Source: Porphyromonadaceae bacterium | GTDB lineage: Bacteria > Bacteroidota > Bacteroidia > Bacteroidales > Porphyromonadaceae | Direction: 5' to 3' | DNA: 64,000 bases | Assembly (NCBI GenBank): GCA_030528445.1 | Contig: JAUMYV010000001.1 | Coordinates: 5,968 to 69,967, forward strand | Part shown: positions 28,701-37,284 of the stretch, piece by piece | How positions within the stretch are numbered: position 1 is the stretch's first letter | Layout of the letters: the number at the start of each line of letters is the position of its first letter | Translations under genes and position numbers: made by a program | The notes under the pieces: model-generated | The model's database searches: none | The model's input: only the letters and a program-made list of their open reading frames with translations | What the model was told of the DNA's origin: nothing

Positions 28701-31506
28701 GCTAAAGCTAAGCTGGCAGAGCTTCAGAGACAGACTGCGCTCTGGTAGCAAGGAGACTTGGGAGCTACGCATCCTACACAAGGGCAAACCTGTATGCGCC
28801 TCAGTGGCGGCATGGATGTACGACAGTGCTCTGGATGCTGTGATGCCTCTGAGATTCTCTCGGCTTCGGGCTCATCCTCTACTTAGTCCATTCTCTGCTA
28901 ATGCTCATCCTCTGACGATCGACAGGTTTGCTCCAAATGCGATAGCGCAGATGAACTGGAGGGAAACCGAGAGCGAAAGTTACGATTCGTGGTATCAGCC
29001 CTTCGCCCCTCTAGGCAGAATGCAGGAGGAGTATGCAGGAGGCGATGCCGTATTGTTTGAGGAGGCATCCGTATCTATGAAGACAGCTACAGGTGCTCTG
29101 CCAATGCGAGCCCAAGAGCTGAGATCTATGGTGGTCAGAGACAGCCATGAAGTAGCCAATGATGTGGCTGATGCACCGAAGATAGAGGGTGGATTGAGGC
29201 AAGACTTTGCCGAGACAGCCTTCTTCCGCCCTCGAATGCTCACGGACAAGGATGGCGTGGTGAGCTGGTCGTTTCAGCTACCCGACAACTTAACCCGCTG
29301 GCGTCTAGAGCTCGTGGCGCACACTGCGGATATGAATACGGGCTACCAAACGGCATACATCGAGAGCTATCGAGAGCTGATGCTCAAGCCTTACCTCCCT
29401 CGTCTTATTCGCTTGGGCGATAAGCTGAGCCTTGCGGCTCAGGTGCAGAATCTAAGCGATCGAGAGCAGAGGGGTACTGTGCGCCTAGAGCTCTTCCGCC
29501 TCCAAGATCAAGCCATCATTCATCAAGATAGTTTGCCCCTAGAGGTCGCTCGTGCAGAGACTCAGGATTTACGCTTCTCGGTTACGCTAGACCAGTCGCT
29601 CGAGCTAGACTCTATCGGGGTGCGTATGATGGCGCACGGCTCTAGCTTCGCCGACGGAGAGCAGCGCACTCTGCCAATCGTTTCGCCTAGGGAGGAGGCG
29701 GTACGTAGCGAAGCCTTTACGCTACTAACCGCCGAGCAAACCAAGGTTGATCTCTCGACGCTCTTCCCCTCGACGGGCTTTATCCCCGATAGAGGTCGGC
29801 TCGAGGTACGTGTAGAGAGCAATCCGCTCTTCCTCGCATTACAAACATTACCGACGCTTGCCCGGGACAATCTTGCCAACTCGATCTCGATAAGCTCTGC
29901 ACTCTATGGACAAGCTCTAGCCAAGTCCATCGCTCAAACTCCAGGACTACAGCACTGGATCGCCGAGCGTCGTGCACAGAGGGGAGTAAGCCTAAGGGAT
30001 GATAGGGATAGCCTGCTGAAGCGCCCTCTCTCGACGACACCTTGGGCGAAGGCAGTCGCCGAGGAAGACGAAAACAAACGCTTGGCTTCGCTGGTCGCCT
30101 TCTTCGACACCCTCGGGCAGAGCGATCGGGAGCAACGTCTCCTTCGTGAGCTTGCCGAGCTGCAGGGCAGCGATGGTCTATGGCCTTGGTTCGCCCATAT
30201 GCGTGGCAGTCTGTACACGACGACCTATGTGATGCGCCAGTTGGTTCGCCTGCGTCAGCTCAATCCTAGCTCAGTAGATACCCGACGCACCGAACTGATG
30301 CTACAGAAGGGGCATCAGGCACTTGATAGGGCTATGGCGGAGCTGATGCAGCAGATTCAAGAGGCAGAGCGCAAGTCTAAGCAAATCAATGGGCAAATCT
30401 CTAGCCTAGAGCTCAACTATCTCTATATCCTTGAGCTTAATAAGCGAGCCAAGTCCGAGTCGAATGCTCCCCAGAGGCGATTCTTCCTCGAGCGTCTGCG
30501 TCGTGGTGCACACGAGCTACCTCTATGGGCGAAGCCACAAGCTGCGGTCATCCTCGCCCAGTACGATAGACCGCTGGCACTTCTACTCGTGGAGTCTCTG
30601 CGTCAGCATATGAGCGATGCAGAGGTCGGAGCCTTCTTCGCCCAAATCAGCTCGAGTGGCTATTGGTGGGCTAATCGTTCCTATAGTATTGTGACCGAGA
30701 CGATAGAGGCATTGCGCCTACTCGCACCAGAGGATAAGGCGACGCTTCGCGCTCTGCAGCAGTGGCTCCTCAACCAGAAGCGGTCGGTACGCTGGGAGAG
30801 CACTACGGCTACGGCAGAGGCTCTGTATGCTTTATTTGTCGGGGCTGGTAGTACGGATCTTCGAGAGCCTAATCGCACGGCGCTGACGCTAAAGAGAGCA
30901 GATGGCACAGAGCTAACCCAGTCGGGCGAGCGTATCAGGCTGGTTGAGCACTTCGACCGAGAGAGCTATCCTCGAGTTATCGAGGCAAGAGCTCAGCACT
31001 CGGGGCAGGTCTGGGGCACGGCTACCGCACGCTATATGCTCCCAAGCGTTGAGGAGCGTGCTTCGGGCAGGGAGATACAGATTGAGCGACGCCACTACCT
31101 CAAGGCCGTGCAGGGCGGGGTAGAGCAGCTGATCCCCCTCTCCACAGGTCAGAGACTTGCTGTGGGTGATGTGCTGGTGACTAAGCTTATGCTCAAGCTA
31201 AGTCGAGAGATGGACTTCGTTGCCCTAAGTGACCCTCGTCTAGGTTGTGCCGAACCTGTGCGCCAAACCTCGGGCTATGAGTGGCGCTCTGGAGCGAGTT
31301 ACTATTACGAGCCAAGAGATCTGATGACCAACTTCTACTTCGATCGTCTCGGTCGGGGTGAATATCAGATCGAGTACGAGCAGTATGTCGTGCGCTCTGG
31401 TATCTATCAAGCCACTTCGGCATCCGCGCTGTCTGTCTATGCGCCCGAGTACACTGCGACCTCGGGCTTCGGAGGCCGACTAGAGGTGGCCGAGCGCAAG
31501 CGGTAG
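25777..31506 (+). CDS. alpha-2-macroglobulin-family protein (secreted, 1909 aa)
   Basis: Signal peptide present. ETAFFRPRMLTDKDGVVSWSFQLPDNLTRWRLELVAHT matches the A2M FxP…TDxxG…LPDSxTxWR hallmark, and the size is typical of bacterial A2M. No CxEQ thioester motif is seen in the translation. Confidence 0.7.
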   Translation: MKRIISLIGLCAVLCLLGWTSLDAQRSAKYTAQATALKQELQEAQKLRQPKTALERAQSLMRLAETNRHFSDLVFALMASREANRSIDTERETEIFAALARVAKLIWLRPDERSLLSAVTYALYQDHYYQNRFYSRRSAVEEGEAYDPIDPTRWSDSLYRRKLEALEQEALGERRVLHQPMRHQLPSSVLRGESKWSGTVGSYVYRLLLYRSLEHRPFVLESLSAYVKELPIVADRLHADYFLLQHQRSEENERALYGQFLDTYAGELEVMQYITDISQKLYGPNEPRRAVELVDRYLQRFGSKVSADLVRSIKNYRASLLEASLSYEVGANIVTGHRVQTLRLNHKLLDSVRLRLYHAPSVLLNLDERYDPKQLNLELERTIALVPDSLWGSRSDTLRLEHRHRGLHYLHIEPVRSPQASSLRKVYHSDRYLRYYVTDQFVINHNNQGHRVEHLQWLDAGSGRPLVALAVEMKEQRGGERQSVQTDEQGCMRLPALSEGHWYANLFVRSMNPEDPLGLSVGLSRPYREDRMGQKSQVEVLLSTDRPVYRPADTLRLWGYLAEQKAHAELARVMPEEDIELVLYDANSERINSARVTTDSLGRFDERFALPREAKLGWYRIICKRGGRYITSSSLLVEEYRKPTFEVKMTKEERLLRLGDSIELSLRVVDMTGLPLPSVRLLPKVQIAGRAYQPRFGYFITMSREQEELDLPELVTDAEGSATLRLRLSRLKAFDKLDSAVEIYQHYQVGVQATATTGEVQRGEIRFSIGKDLPQITAQLPQYIEANQPKQILEVRVQNSDYEDVPYLATYEIYNGQKVWLTDTCSSNTEHNLAGRLLPLPSGAYDLKTRITLEDGRELCDTTSFVLYRAIERTVETKGAPLVATAPELTYSSQRPPLIYYASALEDSYIHYRTEVDGRIIGYGMLRPRPSALNQLRIDLPQETTEQVRVYLYTVRSARLYEQTFTFDRVQPDKELKLSWQSFRDRLRSGSKETWELRILHKGKPVCASVAAWMYDSALDAVMPLRFSRLRAHPLLSPFSANAHPLTIDRFAPNAIAQMNWRETESESYDSWYQPFAPLGRMQEEYAGGDAVLFEEASVSMKTATGALPMRAQELRSMVVRDSHEVANDVADAPKIEGGLRQDFAETAFFRPRMLTDKDGVVSWSFQLPDNLTRWRLELVAHTADMNTGYQTAYIESYRELMLKPYLPRLIRLGDKLSLAAQVQNLSDREQRGTVRLELFRLQDQAIIHQDSLPLEVARAETQDLRFSVTLDQSLELDSIGVRMMAHGSSFADGEQRTLPIVSPREEAVRSEAFTLLTAEQTKVDLSTLFPSTGFIPDRGRLEVRVESNPLFLALQTLPTLARDNLANSISISSALYGQALAKSIAQTPGLQHWIAERRAQRGVSLRDDRDSLLKRPLSTTPWAKAVAEEDENKRLASLVAFFDTLGQSDREQRLLRELAELQGSDGLWPWFAHMRGSLYTTTYVMRQLVRLRQLNPSSVDTRRTELMLQKGHQALDRAMAELMQQIQEAERKSKQINGQISSLELNYLYILELNKRAKSESNAPQRRFFLERLRRGAHELPLWAKPQAAVILAQYDRPLALLLVESLRQHMSDAEVGAFFAQISSSGYWWANRSYSIVTETIEALRLLAPEDKATLRALQQWLLNQKRSVRWESTTATAEALYALFVGAGSTDLREPNRTALTLKRADGTELTQSGERIRLVEHFDRESYPRVIEARAQHSGQVWGTATARYMLPSVEERASGREIQIERRHYLKAVQGGVEQLIPLSTGQRLAVGDVLVTKLMLKLSREMDFVALSDPRLGCAEPVRQTSGYEWRSGASYYYEPRDLMTNFYFDRLGRGEYQIEYEQYVVRSGIYQATSASALSVYAPEYTATSGFGGRLEVAERKR

Positions 31507-31530
31507 CCAAGAGACTGAATACATTAAAAA

Positions 31531-31570
31531 GCCCATAGGGGAGCGTTGTATCTCCTCTATGGGCCTTTTC
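31531..31570. terminator. Bidirectional terminator between the A2M gene (+) and rnz (-)
   Basis: GCCCATAGGGGA…TCTCCTCTATGGGC followed by CTTTTC. Confidence 0.5.
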
Positions 31571-31591
31571 TCATTTCGTATCGATACTTCT

Positions 31592-32506
31592 CTACAGCTC
31601 TAGGCACATCCCTTCGTTGGCTGCCTCTGTGTCGGGAAATACTGCTCGAGCCTCCGCAAGCAAGTCGTCGGTCGTGTGGTAGCGCGCCGAGTAATGCCCG
31701 ATGAGCAGTCGTCTGGCTTGAGCCGCTTGCGCTATCAGCGCTGCCTCTCTTGCCGTACTATGCCCCGTTTGCCCAGCTCGTGCGACCTCACTGCTCAGGA
31801 AGGTTGCCTCGTGATAGAGGAGCGTTACGTCCTTGATGAGTGGTGCGTTATTGGGCAGGTAGGATGTATCGGAGCAGTAGGCATAGCTACGTGGCTCGCG
31901 TCCACGCTTGGTCAGGCGGCTATTGGCGATGACCTCCCCCGTCTCACAGACGAAGTCTTCGCCTCGTAGGATAGCAGGATAGGCTGCTAGAGGAATGCCG
32001 TAGAAGTCTGCCGAGGCCTTGTCGAGATGGAGGGACGTAACCTTCTCCCGAAAGAGGTAGCCCTGTGTAGGTGTACGGTGCTTGAGGGGAATTGTGGAGA
32101 TTGAAACAGAGCGATCTTCCCAGACGGTCTGTGCCTTGCGTGTATCCGTCTCGGTGATGACGACGCGGTAGGCCATTTGGTCGCAAAACTGCTCGAGGAT
32201 TGGCTCGAGAAAACGCTTTAGCCCTATAGGTCCGATGATGTGTAGGTCGCCCGTACGCCCCAGCATACCCAGCGAGGAGATGAGCCCGGGAAGCCCGAAG
32301 CAGTGGTCGCCGTGTAGGTGAGAGATGAAGATTGCGATGAGCTTGCCGAAGCTCAAGCGCTGTAGGCGCATCTGTCTCTGTGCGCCCTCGCCACAGTCGA
32401 TCATATAGAGTTTACCTCGTAGCTCTACAACCTGAGAACTAGGGAGGTGCGCTACGGTGGGCAGAGCAGATCCACAGCCGAGTATATGTATGTTGAAGTC
32501 GGACAT
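31592..32506 (-). CDS. rnz: ribonuclease Z (tRNA 3' endonuclease; metallo-beta-lactamase fold)
   Basis: 304 aa with an HLHGDHCFGLPGL metal-binding motif. Confidence 0.85.
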   Translation of the reverse strand: MSDFNIHILGCGSALPTVAHLPSSQVVELRGKLYMIDCGEGAQRQMRLQRLSFGKLIAIFISHLHGDHCFGLPGLISSLGMLGRTGDLHIIGPIGLKRFLEPILEQFCDQMAYRVVITETDTRKAQTVWEDRSVSISTIPLKHRTPTQGYLFREKVTSLHLDKASADFYGIPLAAYPAILRGEDFVCETGEVIANSRLTKRGREPRSYAYCSDTSYLPNNAPLIKDVTLLYHEATFLSSEVARAGQTGHSTAREAALIAQAAQARRLLIGHYSARYHTTDDLLAEARAVFPDTEAANEGMCLEL

Positions 32507-32532
32507 TGGGTTAAGTTAGCTTGAGTGTAGGG

Positions 32533-32979
32533 TTAGCGCTTGCTTCTGAAGAAGCGCTGCATTAGTTCGCGCGCCTCCTCTGCCAGTACGCCTGCGGTAA
32601 TGCGGCAGGCTCTAGGTAGGATTTGAGGTGAGAAGACACGATAGCCAAACTTCTCCTCGCCTGCTCCGTAGACCACACGTGCTAGTCGCCCCCAGCGGAT
32701 GGCACCTGCGCACATCGGGCAGGGCTCTATGGTTACGTAGAGCTGGCAGTCCACTAGATATTTGCTCCCTACTGCCGAGGAGGCTGCCGTGATGGCGAGC
32801 ATCTCGGCGTGCGCCGTAGGGTCGCCTAGAGCCTCTACTCTATTGTGTGCACGGGCGAGCACTCGGCCGTGAGCCACGACTACGGCACCAATCGGCACCT
32901 CACCCTCCTCGTAGGCCATTTGTGCCTCCTGCAGAGCAATGCGCATGTAATATTCGTCATCGTAGGGCAACCACTGCAT
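32533..32979 (-). CDS. tadA: tRNA-specific adenosine deaminase
   Basis: 148 aa with HAEMLAI and PCPMCAGAI zinc-ligand motifs. Confidence 0.85.
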   Translation of the reverse strand: MQWLPYDDEYYMRIALQEAQMAYEEGEVPIGAVVVAHGRVLARAHNRVEALGDPTAHAEMLAITAASSAVGSKYLVDCQLYVTIEPCPMCAGAIRWGRLARVVYGAGEEKFGYRVFSPQILPRACRITAGVLAEEARELMQRFFRSKR

Positions 32980-32982
32980 AGC

Positions 32983-33186
32983 CTATCTCATTTCCTCCTC
33001 GCTGAAGAGCATCGGCGCGTCCAGCTCAAATCGTCTGATGATCTCTGTCATCATTAGCTCTCTAAGCCAATGGGAGCGATTGTCTACTTGGTACTTCTTG
33101 CAGTACTGCTCGAGGGCTCTGAGCTCTCGCTCGTTGAGCTTGAGCATGAGTTTGTGTGGGCGTGCTGGTCGGCCTCGTTTCTTCAT
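32983..33186 (-). CDS. small basic protein, possible ribbon-helix-helix-like DNA-binding protein
   Basis: 67 aa; a predicted beta-strand KLMLKLNE followed by two helices; its stop is 3 nt from the tadA start. Confidence 0.4.
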   Translation of the reverse strand: MKKRGRPARPHKLMLKLNERELRALEQYCKKYQVDNRSHWLRELMMTEIIRRFELDAPMLFSEEEMR

Positions 33187-33202
33187 TGCTCTCAGATCAA
33201 AA

Positions 33203-34600
33203 TCAACCTTGTTTGAGGTCTCTTATTAGGATATTAGCTTCGGATATCTCGTATCCTTGTCTGGTGACGAGCATCGCCTCCCATTGTGCTCGGTAGGTTT
33301 CCTCATGATCAATGCGGAAGTCTTCGTATCCGTAGCGGTCGAGCTTCTCGACTAGATACCCCACAGTGAGTAGCTCTGGGTCGATAGCTGGATGATAGTA
33401 GCCCTCCTCTACGGGGTTGCCATAGGCAATTTCGTTGATGATGCCTACCTCCTCTAGGCGAGCCAGCACCTGCCCAACCAAGCGAAGTGGTATCTGGCAT
33501 TCGCTCGATAGCGATTCGGCACGATAGGGTTTTGCCCCCTCCTGGCCAAATCTCTGCACAATCTTGCTTGCTACGAGGATGGTGACGAAGTCGAAGTAGC
33601 GGCGAGAGGCTTTGAGCGATGCCTCACCGAAAGAGAACCTGCGGATATTCTGTATCGAGTAGCAGAGCTGTGCACCGAATAGGGTAATCGTCCAAGAGAG
33701 CTGCATCCATAGCAAGAGCAATGGGAAGGCTGCGAAGCTACCGTAGATGGCGTTGTAGCGAGAGATCCACAGCACCCCACTGATGTAGAGGGATTGGAAG
33801 ATCTGGAAGGCGATACCCGCCAGAGTACCCGAGATAAGGGCTGGGACAAAGCGGACGCGTACGTTGGGCAGTAGCATATAGAGCGCCACCAGAGATGCGA
33901 TTGAGAAGATGTATGGAATTAGGTTGAGCGAAAACTCCATAACCGAGCTGATAATCATCACATCGGGCGAAACCATATTGCGTACAGCTGTCCCAAGTAT
34001 TGTGACTACACTACTGCCTGTAAGCAGTATAGGTAGTAGTAGGAAGAACCCGAAGTAATCGAGTATTCGTCTAGACCATGGGCGGCTGTGGGGAGCCTGC
34101 CAAATGCTGTTGAGGGCATCTTCGATCGAGGCAATCAGCATCAGCACTGTGTAGAGCAAGACCACGAGACCGAACCCGATGAATAGGCCTCCCTGTACTT
34201 GCTCTAGATAATTCTCTACGTAGAGAAATACCTGGGAGAGCTGATCCTCCTGACCAGGAAAAGCCTCTACAAGAGCATCGTGTACCACCGTTTGCAGTCC
34301 GAAGCCCTTGGCTATGCCCACAATTACGGCCAGCATAGGGACGATGGAGAGTACTGTGCTATAGGTTAGGGAGGCCGCTCGGCTCATCAGATCGTCGAAG
34401 ATGAAGCTCTTGGTGGCCATGTACAGCACTTTGAGCGTGTTGGCGATTAGCCTGAAGGGTTGTGGTATCTCATCTGGGCTTAGGCGCCACATATCAAGGG
34501 ATATAAAGCGGAAACTTCTCAAGCCCCATAGACGCATCTGTCTGATGCTACGTTTCAACCAATTTTCTTTTGTCATAGGGTGCAAAGTTAAACAACTCAA
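33203..34600 (-). CDS. YihY/BrkB-family (formerly 'RNase BN') inner-membrane protein
   Basis: 465 aa with a multi-TM YihY core and a ~120-aa soluble C-terminal tail; an alternative start at 34576 is possible. Confidence 0.7.
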   Translation of the reverse strand: MSCLTLHPMTKENWLKRSIRQMRLWGLRSFRFISLDMWRLSPDEIPQPFRLIANTLKVLYMATKSFIFDDLMSRAASLTYSTVLSIVPMLAVIVGIAKGFGLQTVVHDALVEAFPGQEDQLSQVFLYVENYLEQVQGGLFIGFGLVVLLYTVLMLIASIEDALNSIWQAPHSRPWSRRILDYFGFFLLLPILLTGSSVVTILGTAVRNMVSPDVMIISSVMEFSLNLIPYIFSIASLVALYMLLPNVRVRFVPALISGTLAGIAFQIFQSLYISGVLWISRYNAIYGSFAAFPLLLLWMQLSWTITLFGAQLCYSIQNIRRFSFGEASLKASRRYFDFVTILVASKIVQRFGQEGAKPYRAESLSSECQIPLRLVGQVLARLEEVGIINEIAYGNPVEEGYYHPAIDPELLTVGYLVEKLDRYGYEDFRIDHEETYRAQWEAMLVTRQGYEISEANILIRDLKQG

Positions 34601-34713
34601 TCCAAGGGGGCAAGAGTATCATCAGCAGGAGAATAAGATACGAGCCTGCAAAGGAGTATGGGGAGGATTGAAAGAAAATAAAAACCTCGCTCTCTAGTGA
34701 GAACGAGGCTGAG

Positions 34714-34797
34714 TACCCGGAGCCGGGATCGAACCGGCACGAACTTGCGTTCATTGGTGTTTGAGACCAACGCGTCTACCAATTCCGCCATCCGGGC
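34714..34797 (-). tRNA. tRNA-Leu (anticodon CAA)
   Basis: Hand-folded: acceptor stem GCCCGGA/TCCGGGT, anticodon stem TTGGT/ACCAA with loop CTCAAAC, long variable arm (class II), T-loop GGTTCGATCC. Confidence 0.8.
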
Positions 34798-34877
34798 GGT
34801 GATTGCGCCACAAAGGTAGGTAATTATTTCGATTGCGCAAGCTACACCGAAAATTGCAACCTCCGAAGTACCTAAAA

Positions 34878-34912
34878 GGGGCTGTGGCAAGATTCGATGC
34901 TGCCACAGCCCC
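34878..34912 (-). terminator. rho-independent terminator of the TonB-dependent receptor gene
   Basis: Perfect 12-bp stem GGGGCTGTGGCA…TGCCACAGCCCC followed by TTTT on the minus strand; related to the 11476 and 39899 hairpins. Confidence 0.55.
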
Positions 34913-34938
34913 TTCTGTTACTCAAAAGCCATAAATGC

Positions 34939-37284
34939 TTATAGCTTGTAGGATAGACCTATGCGGAAGTTAGTTGGTGTATTGGGAACCATTTGGTTGC
35001 CGAGCGCCTCTTGGTAGCTCTCGGTATTCATCACGTTGTACACGTTGGCACTTAGTCTCAGATTCTTCATGATCTGATAGGCGAGACCTAGGTCAAGTAG
35101 CGTATAGGCGGGGAAATGATTTTGTCTGATTCTGCGCTCTCCTTGATAGCTAAAGGCATAGTTTAGGCTCAAACTTTTGAGTAGTCCTCTCTGGATTGTG
35201 TATTCACCCAAGCTGTAAGCCTTATGCTTAGCAATACCATCGACAGCAGTGCCAGGTTTGATGATCCCGTCGTTCTCACTCTTCTTGCGATACTTGTCAA
35301 TCTGATTTTCTCCATACTTGGCATCCGTGTAGCTATAGCCGAATGAGAGGTTAAGCCCTTCGATAGGCATAAGTTTAGCCTCTGCCTCTATCCCCTGAGA
35401 AGTGATTTGACCAACCTGCCCAGTGAGTAAGTAATCCACATCCTTGCCATTGACCTGACGTATCTCTTTGCCGAGGCTAACGATGGTGTTGTTCTGGAGA
35501 ATATGATACACCGAGGCCGATAGCTCAAGCCACTTGAGTGGATTAGCTCGAGTCCCTAGCTCTATCTGGTAGCCACTGCGGGGCTTGAAGATGCCTACTC
35601 CAGGCTTCGTCTCGATCTCATTGCCATTATTGTCAATATAGATGCGATTGGGTCTAGAGAATGTGCGATCTGGGTTGAAGTAGTTGGCCACAGAGCTGTA
35701 CAGGCTTAGCTGCTTGATAGGCGTATAGACTAGACCAAATCGATAGGTCAGTGCCATATCGTTGGTTTTGTTGGGGTAGGTATCCACGTCTTCGAACGAA
35801 TGTTTGCCGTCGGTCACAGCGCGATCTGCAGAGGAACGGAAGCTATAGAGGTCATATCTAAGTGCTGTCATCGCCTGCAGTTGAGGGCTAAACTCCCAAA
35901 TATCCTGTACGAAGAAACCGCTAGATAGCGTGTGCGATGGGCTCGCTTGGCTAAACTTGCTCTTGAGTTCTCCTACACCTTTGGGCTCGTAGGCAGACAC
36001 GATCCAAGGAGGCGTAACGCCATACACATCGGGCTCGCTACCCTTGAGGTTATAGCCCTTGTAGGTTACTCGACGCATATAGCTGATGTCCGAGCCTGCG
36101 GTTAGGTTGTGCTTGATGAAGCCTGTGTAGAACTTAGCATCTAGAGTGAGCTGATTCTGGAAAGTCTTGGCGATATGCTCGAAGCGCAATGGGAAGGTAA
36201 ACTCCACACGGCTTAGGTCGATATACCGCTTCTTATCGCCCTTACCCTTGATGTAGTGGGCGTATTCTGTCGTCTCGCTTGTTACGTAGCTGAGATCCTC
36301 TGTACTGAAGTAGTCGATGTCGTCCCAGTTGGCAGAGGCATGCTCGACCAACTTGATTTGGGGGGTAAACGTGTGTACCCAGCGCACAGAGCCGTTTAGG
36401 TTGCGGTGGTACATGAAGTCGGAGCTATTGTTGTAGCGTACACTTCTGTTTTTACGAATACGCTCCTCTAGCTCTCCAGATTTGAGGTAGAGCTTGTCTC
36501 CTTGGGTTGTGTAGACGTCCTGCGACAAGGTAGGAGGTAGCCCTGCCTCGGTACCATAGAAGTCATTGTTGTGGCTCACACGGATGTCGAGCTCGTCCCT
36601 GCTCCATCGGCCATTGAGCGTACCATAGAGCTTGAGCGTCTTGTCTCCTAGATCTCTCCAGCCGTCCTCTCTAGTATATGTGGCTAGGAATAGTCCGCTC
36701 CAACCCGAGCCGAGGTAGTTGCCAACCAAGGCCGAGGCACGCATATAGTTCCAGCTACCATAGTTGAGGCTTGCCTCAATCTCTTTTTTTGCCTTAGCCT
36801 TACGGCGCACGATGAGCAGAGCACCGCCTACGGCAGAGTGCCCCTGTAGTACAGAGGCAGGCCCCTTGAGTAGCTCTAGGCTCTCTACCTCGCTCAGATC
36901 CGACAGAGGATAGGAGTTGAAGGTTGTGCGCTCGTCCCTCATACCATCTACAGAGATAGGAGCGTAGTCGAAGCCCCGTACGTTGAGCTGTAGAAATGCC
37001 CCATAGGTCTTACTGATGCCACTACCGCCACCGATGAAGCGGATGGCGTCCGTCGTGCGATAGAGATTTCGATTTTTGAGCTGATTGACCTGTAGGCTAC
37101 TGATGCTCAAGGGAAGTTTGTCCAGTGAGACACTGCTGCGGGAGATCTGTGGCTGAGCTCGTAGGTAGTCGGCCACAACCTCCACTTCGTTTAGCCTGTG
37201 GGTGGTGATGCTGTCTGTCTGCTCTTGGGCAACAAGTAAACTCGGAGCGACCAAGAGACCAAGGGATAGAATTTTCTTCATCAA
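34939..37284 (-). CDS. TonB-dependent outer-membrane receptor
   Basis: 781 aa with a signal peptide, plug domain and beta-barrel. Confidence 0.85.
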   Translation of the reverse strand: MMKKILSLGLLVAPSLLVAQEQTDSITTHRLNEVEVVADYLRAQPQISRSSVSLDKLPLSISSLQVNQLKNRNLYRTTDAIRFIGGGSGISKTYGAFLQLNVRGFDYAPISVDGMRDERTTFNSYPLSDLSEVESLELLKGPASVLQGHSAVGGALLIVRRKAKAKKEIEASLNYGSWNYMRASALVGNYLGSGWSGLFLATYTREDGWRDLGDKTLKLYGTLNGRWSRDELDIRVSHNNDFYGTEAGLPPTLSQDVYTTQGDKLYLKSGELEERIRKNRSVRYNNSSDFMYHRNLNGSVRWVHTFTPQIKLVEHASANWDDIDYFSTEDLSYVTSETTEYAHYIKGKGDKKRYIDLSRVEFTFPLRFEHIAKTFQNQLTLDAKFYTGFIKHNLTAGSDISYMRRVTYKGYNLKGSEPDVYGVTPPWIVSAYEPKGVGELKSKFSQASPSHTLSSGFFVQDIWEFSPQLQAMTALRYDLYSFRSSADRAVTDGKHSFEDVDTYPNKTNDMALTYRFGLVYTPIKQLSLYSSVANYFNPDRTFSRPNRIYIDNNGNEIETKPGVGIFKPRSGYQIELGTRANPLKWLELSASVYHILQNNTIVSLGKEIRQVNGKDVDYLLTGQVGQITSQGIEAEAKLMPIEGLNLSFGYSYTDAKYGENQIDKYRKKSENDGIIKPGTAVDGIAKHKAYSLGEYTIQRGLLKSLSLNYAFSYQGERRIRQNHFPAYTLLDLGLAYQIMKNLRLSANVYNVMNTESYQEALGNQMVPNTPTNFRIGLSYKL

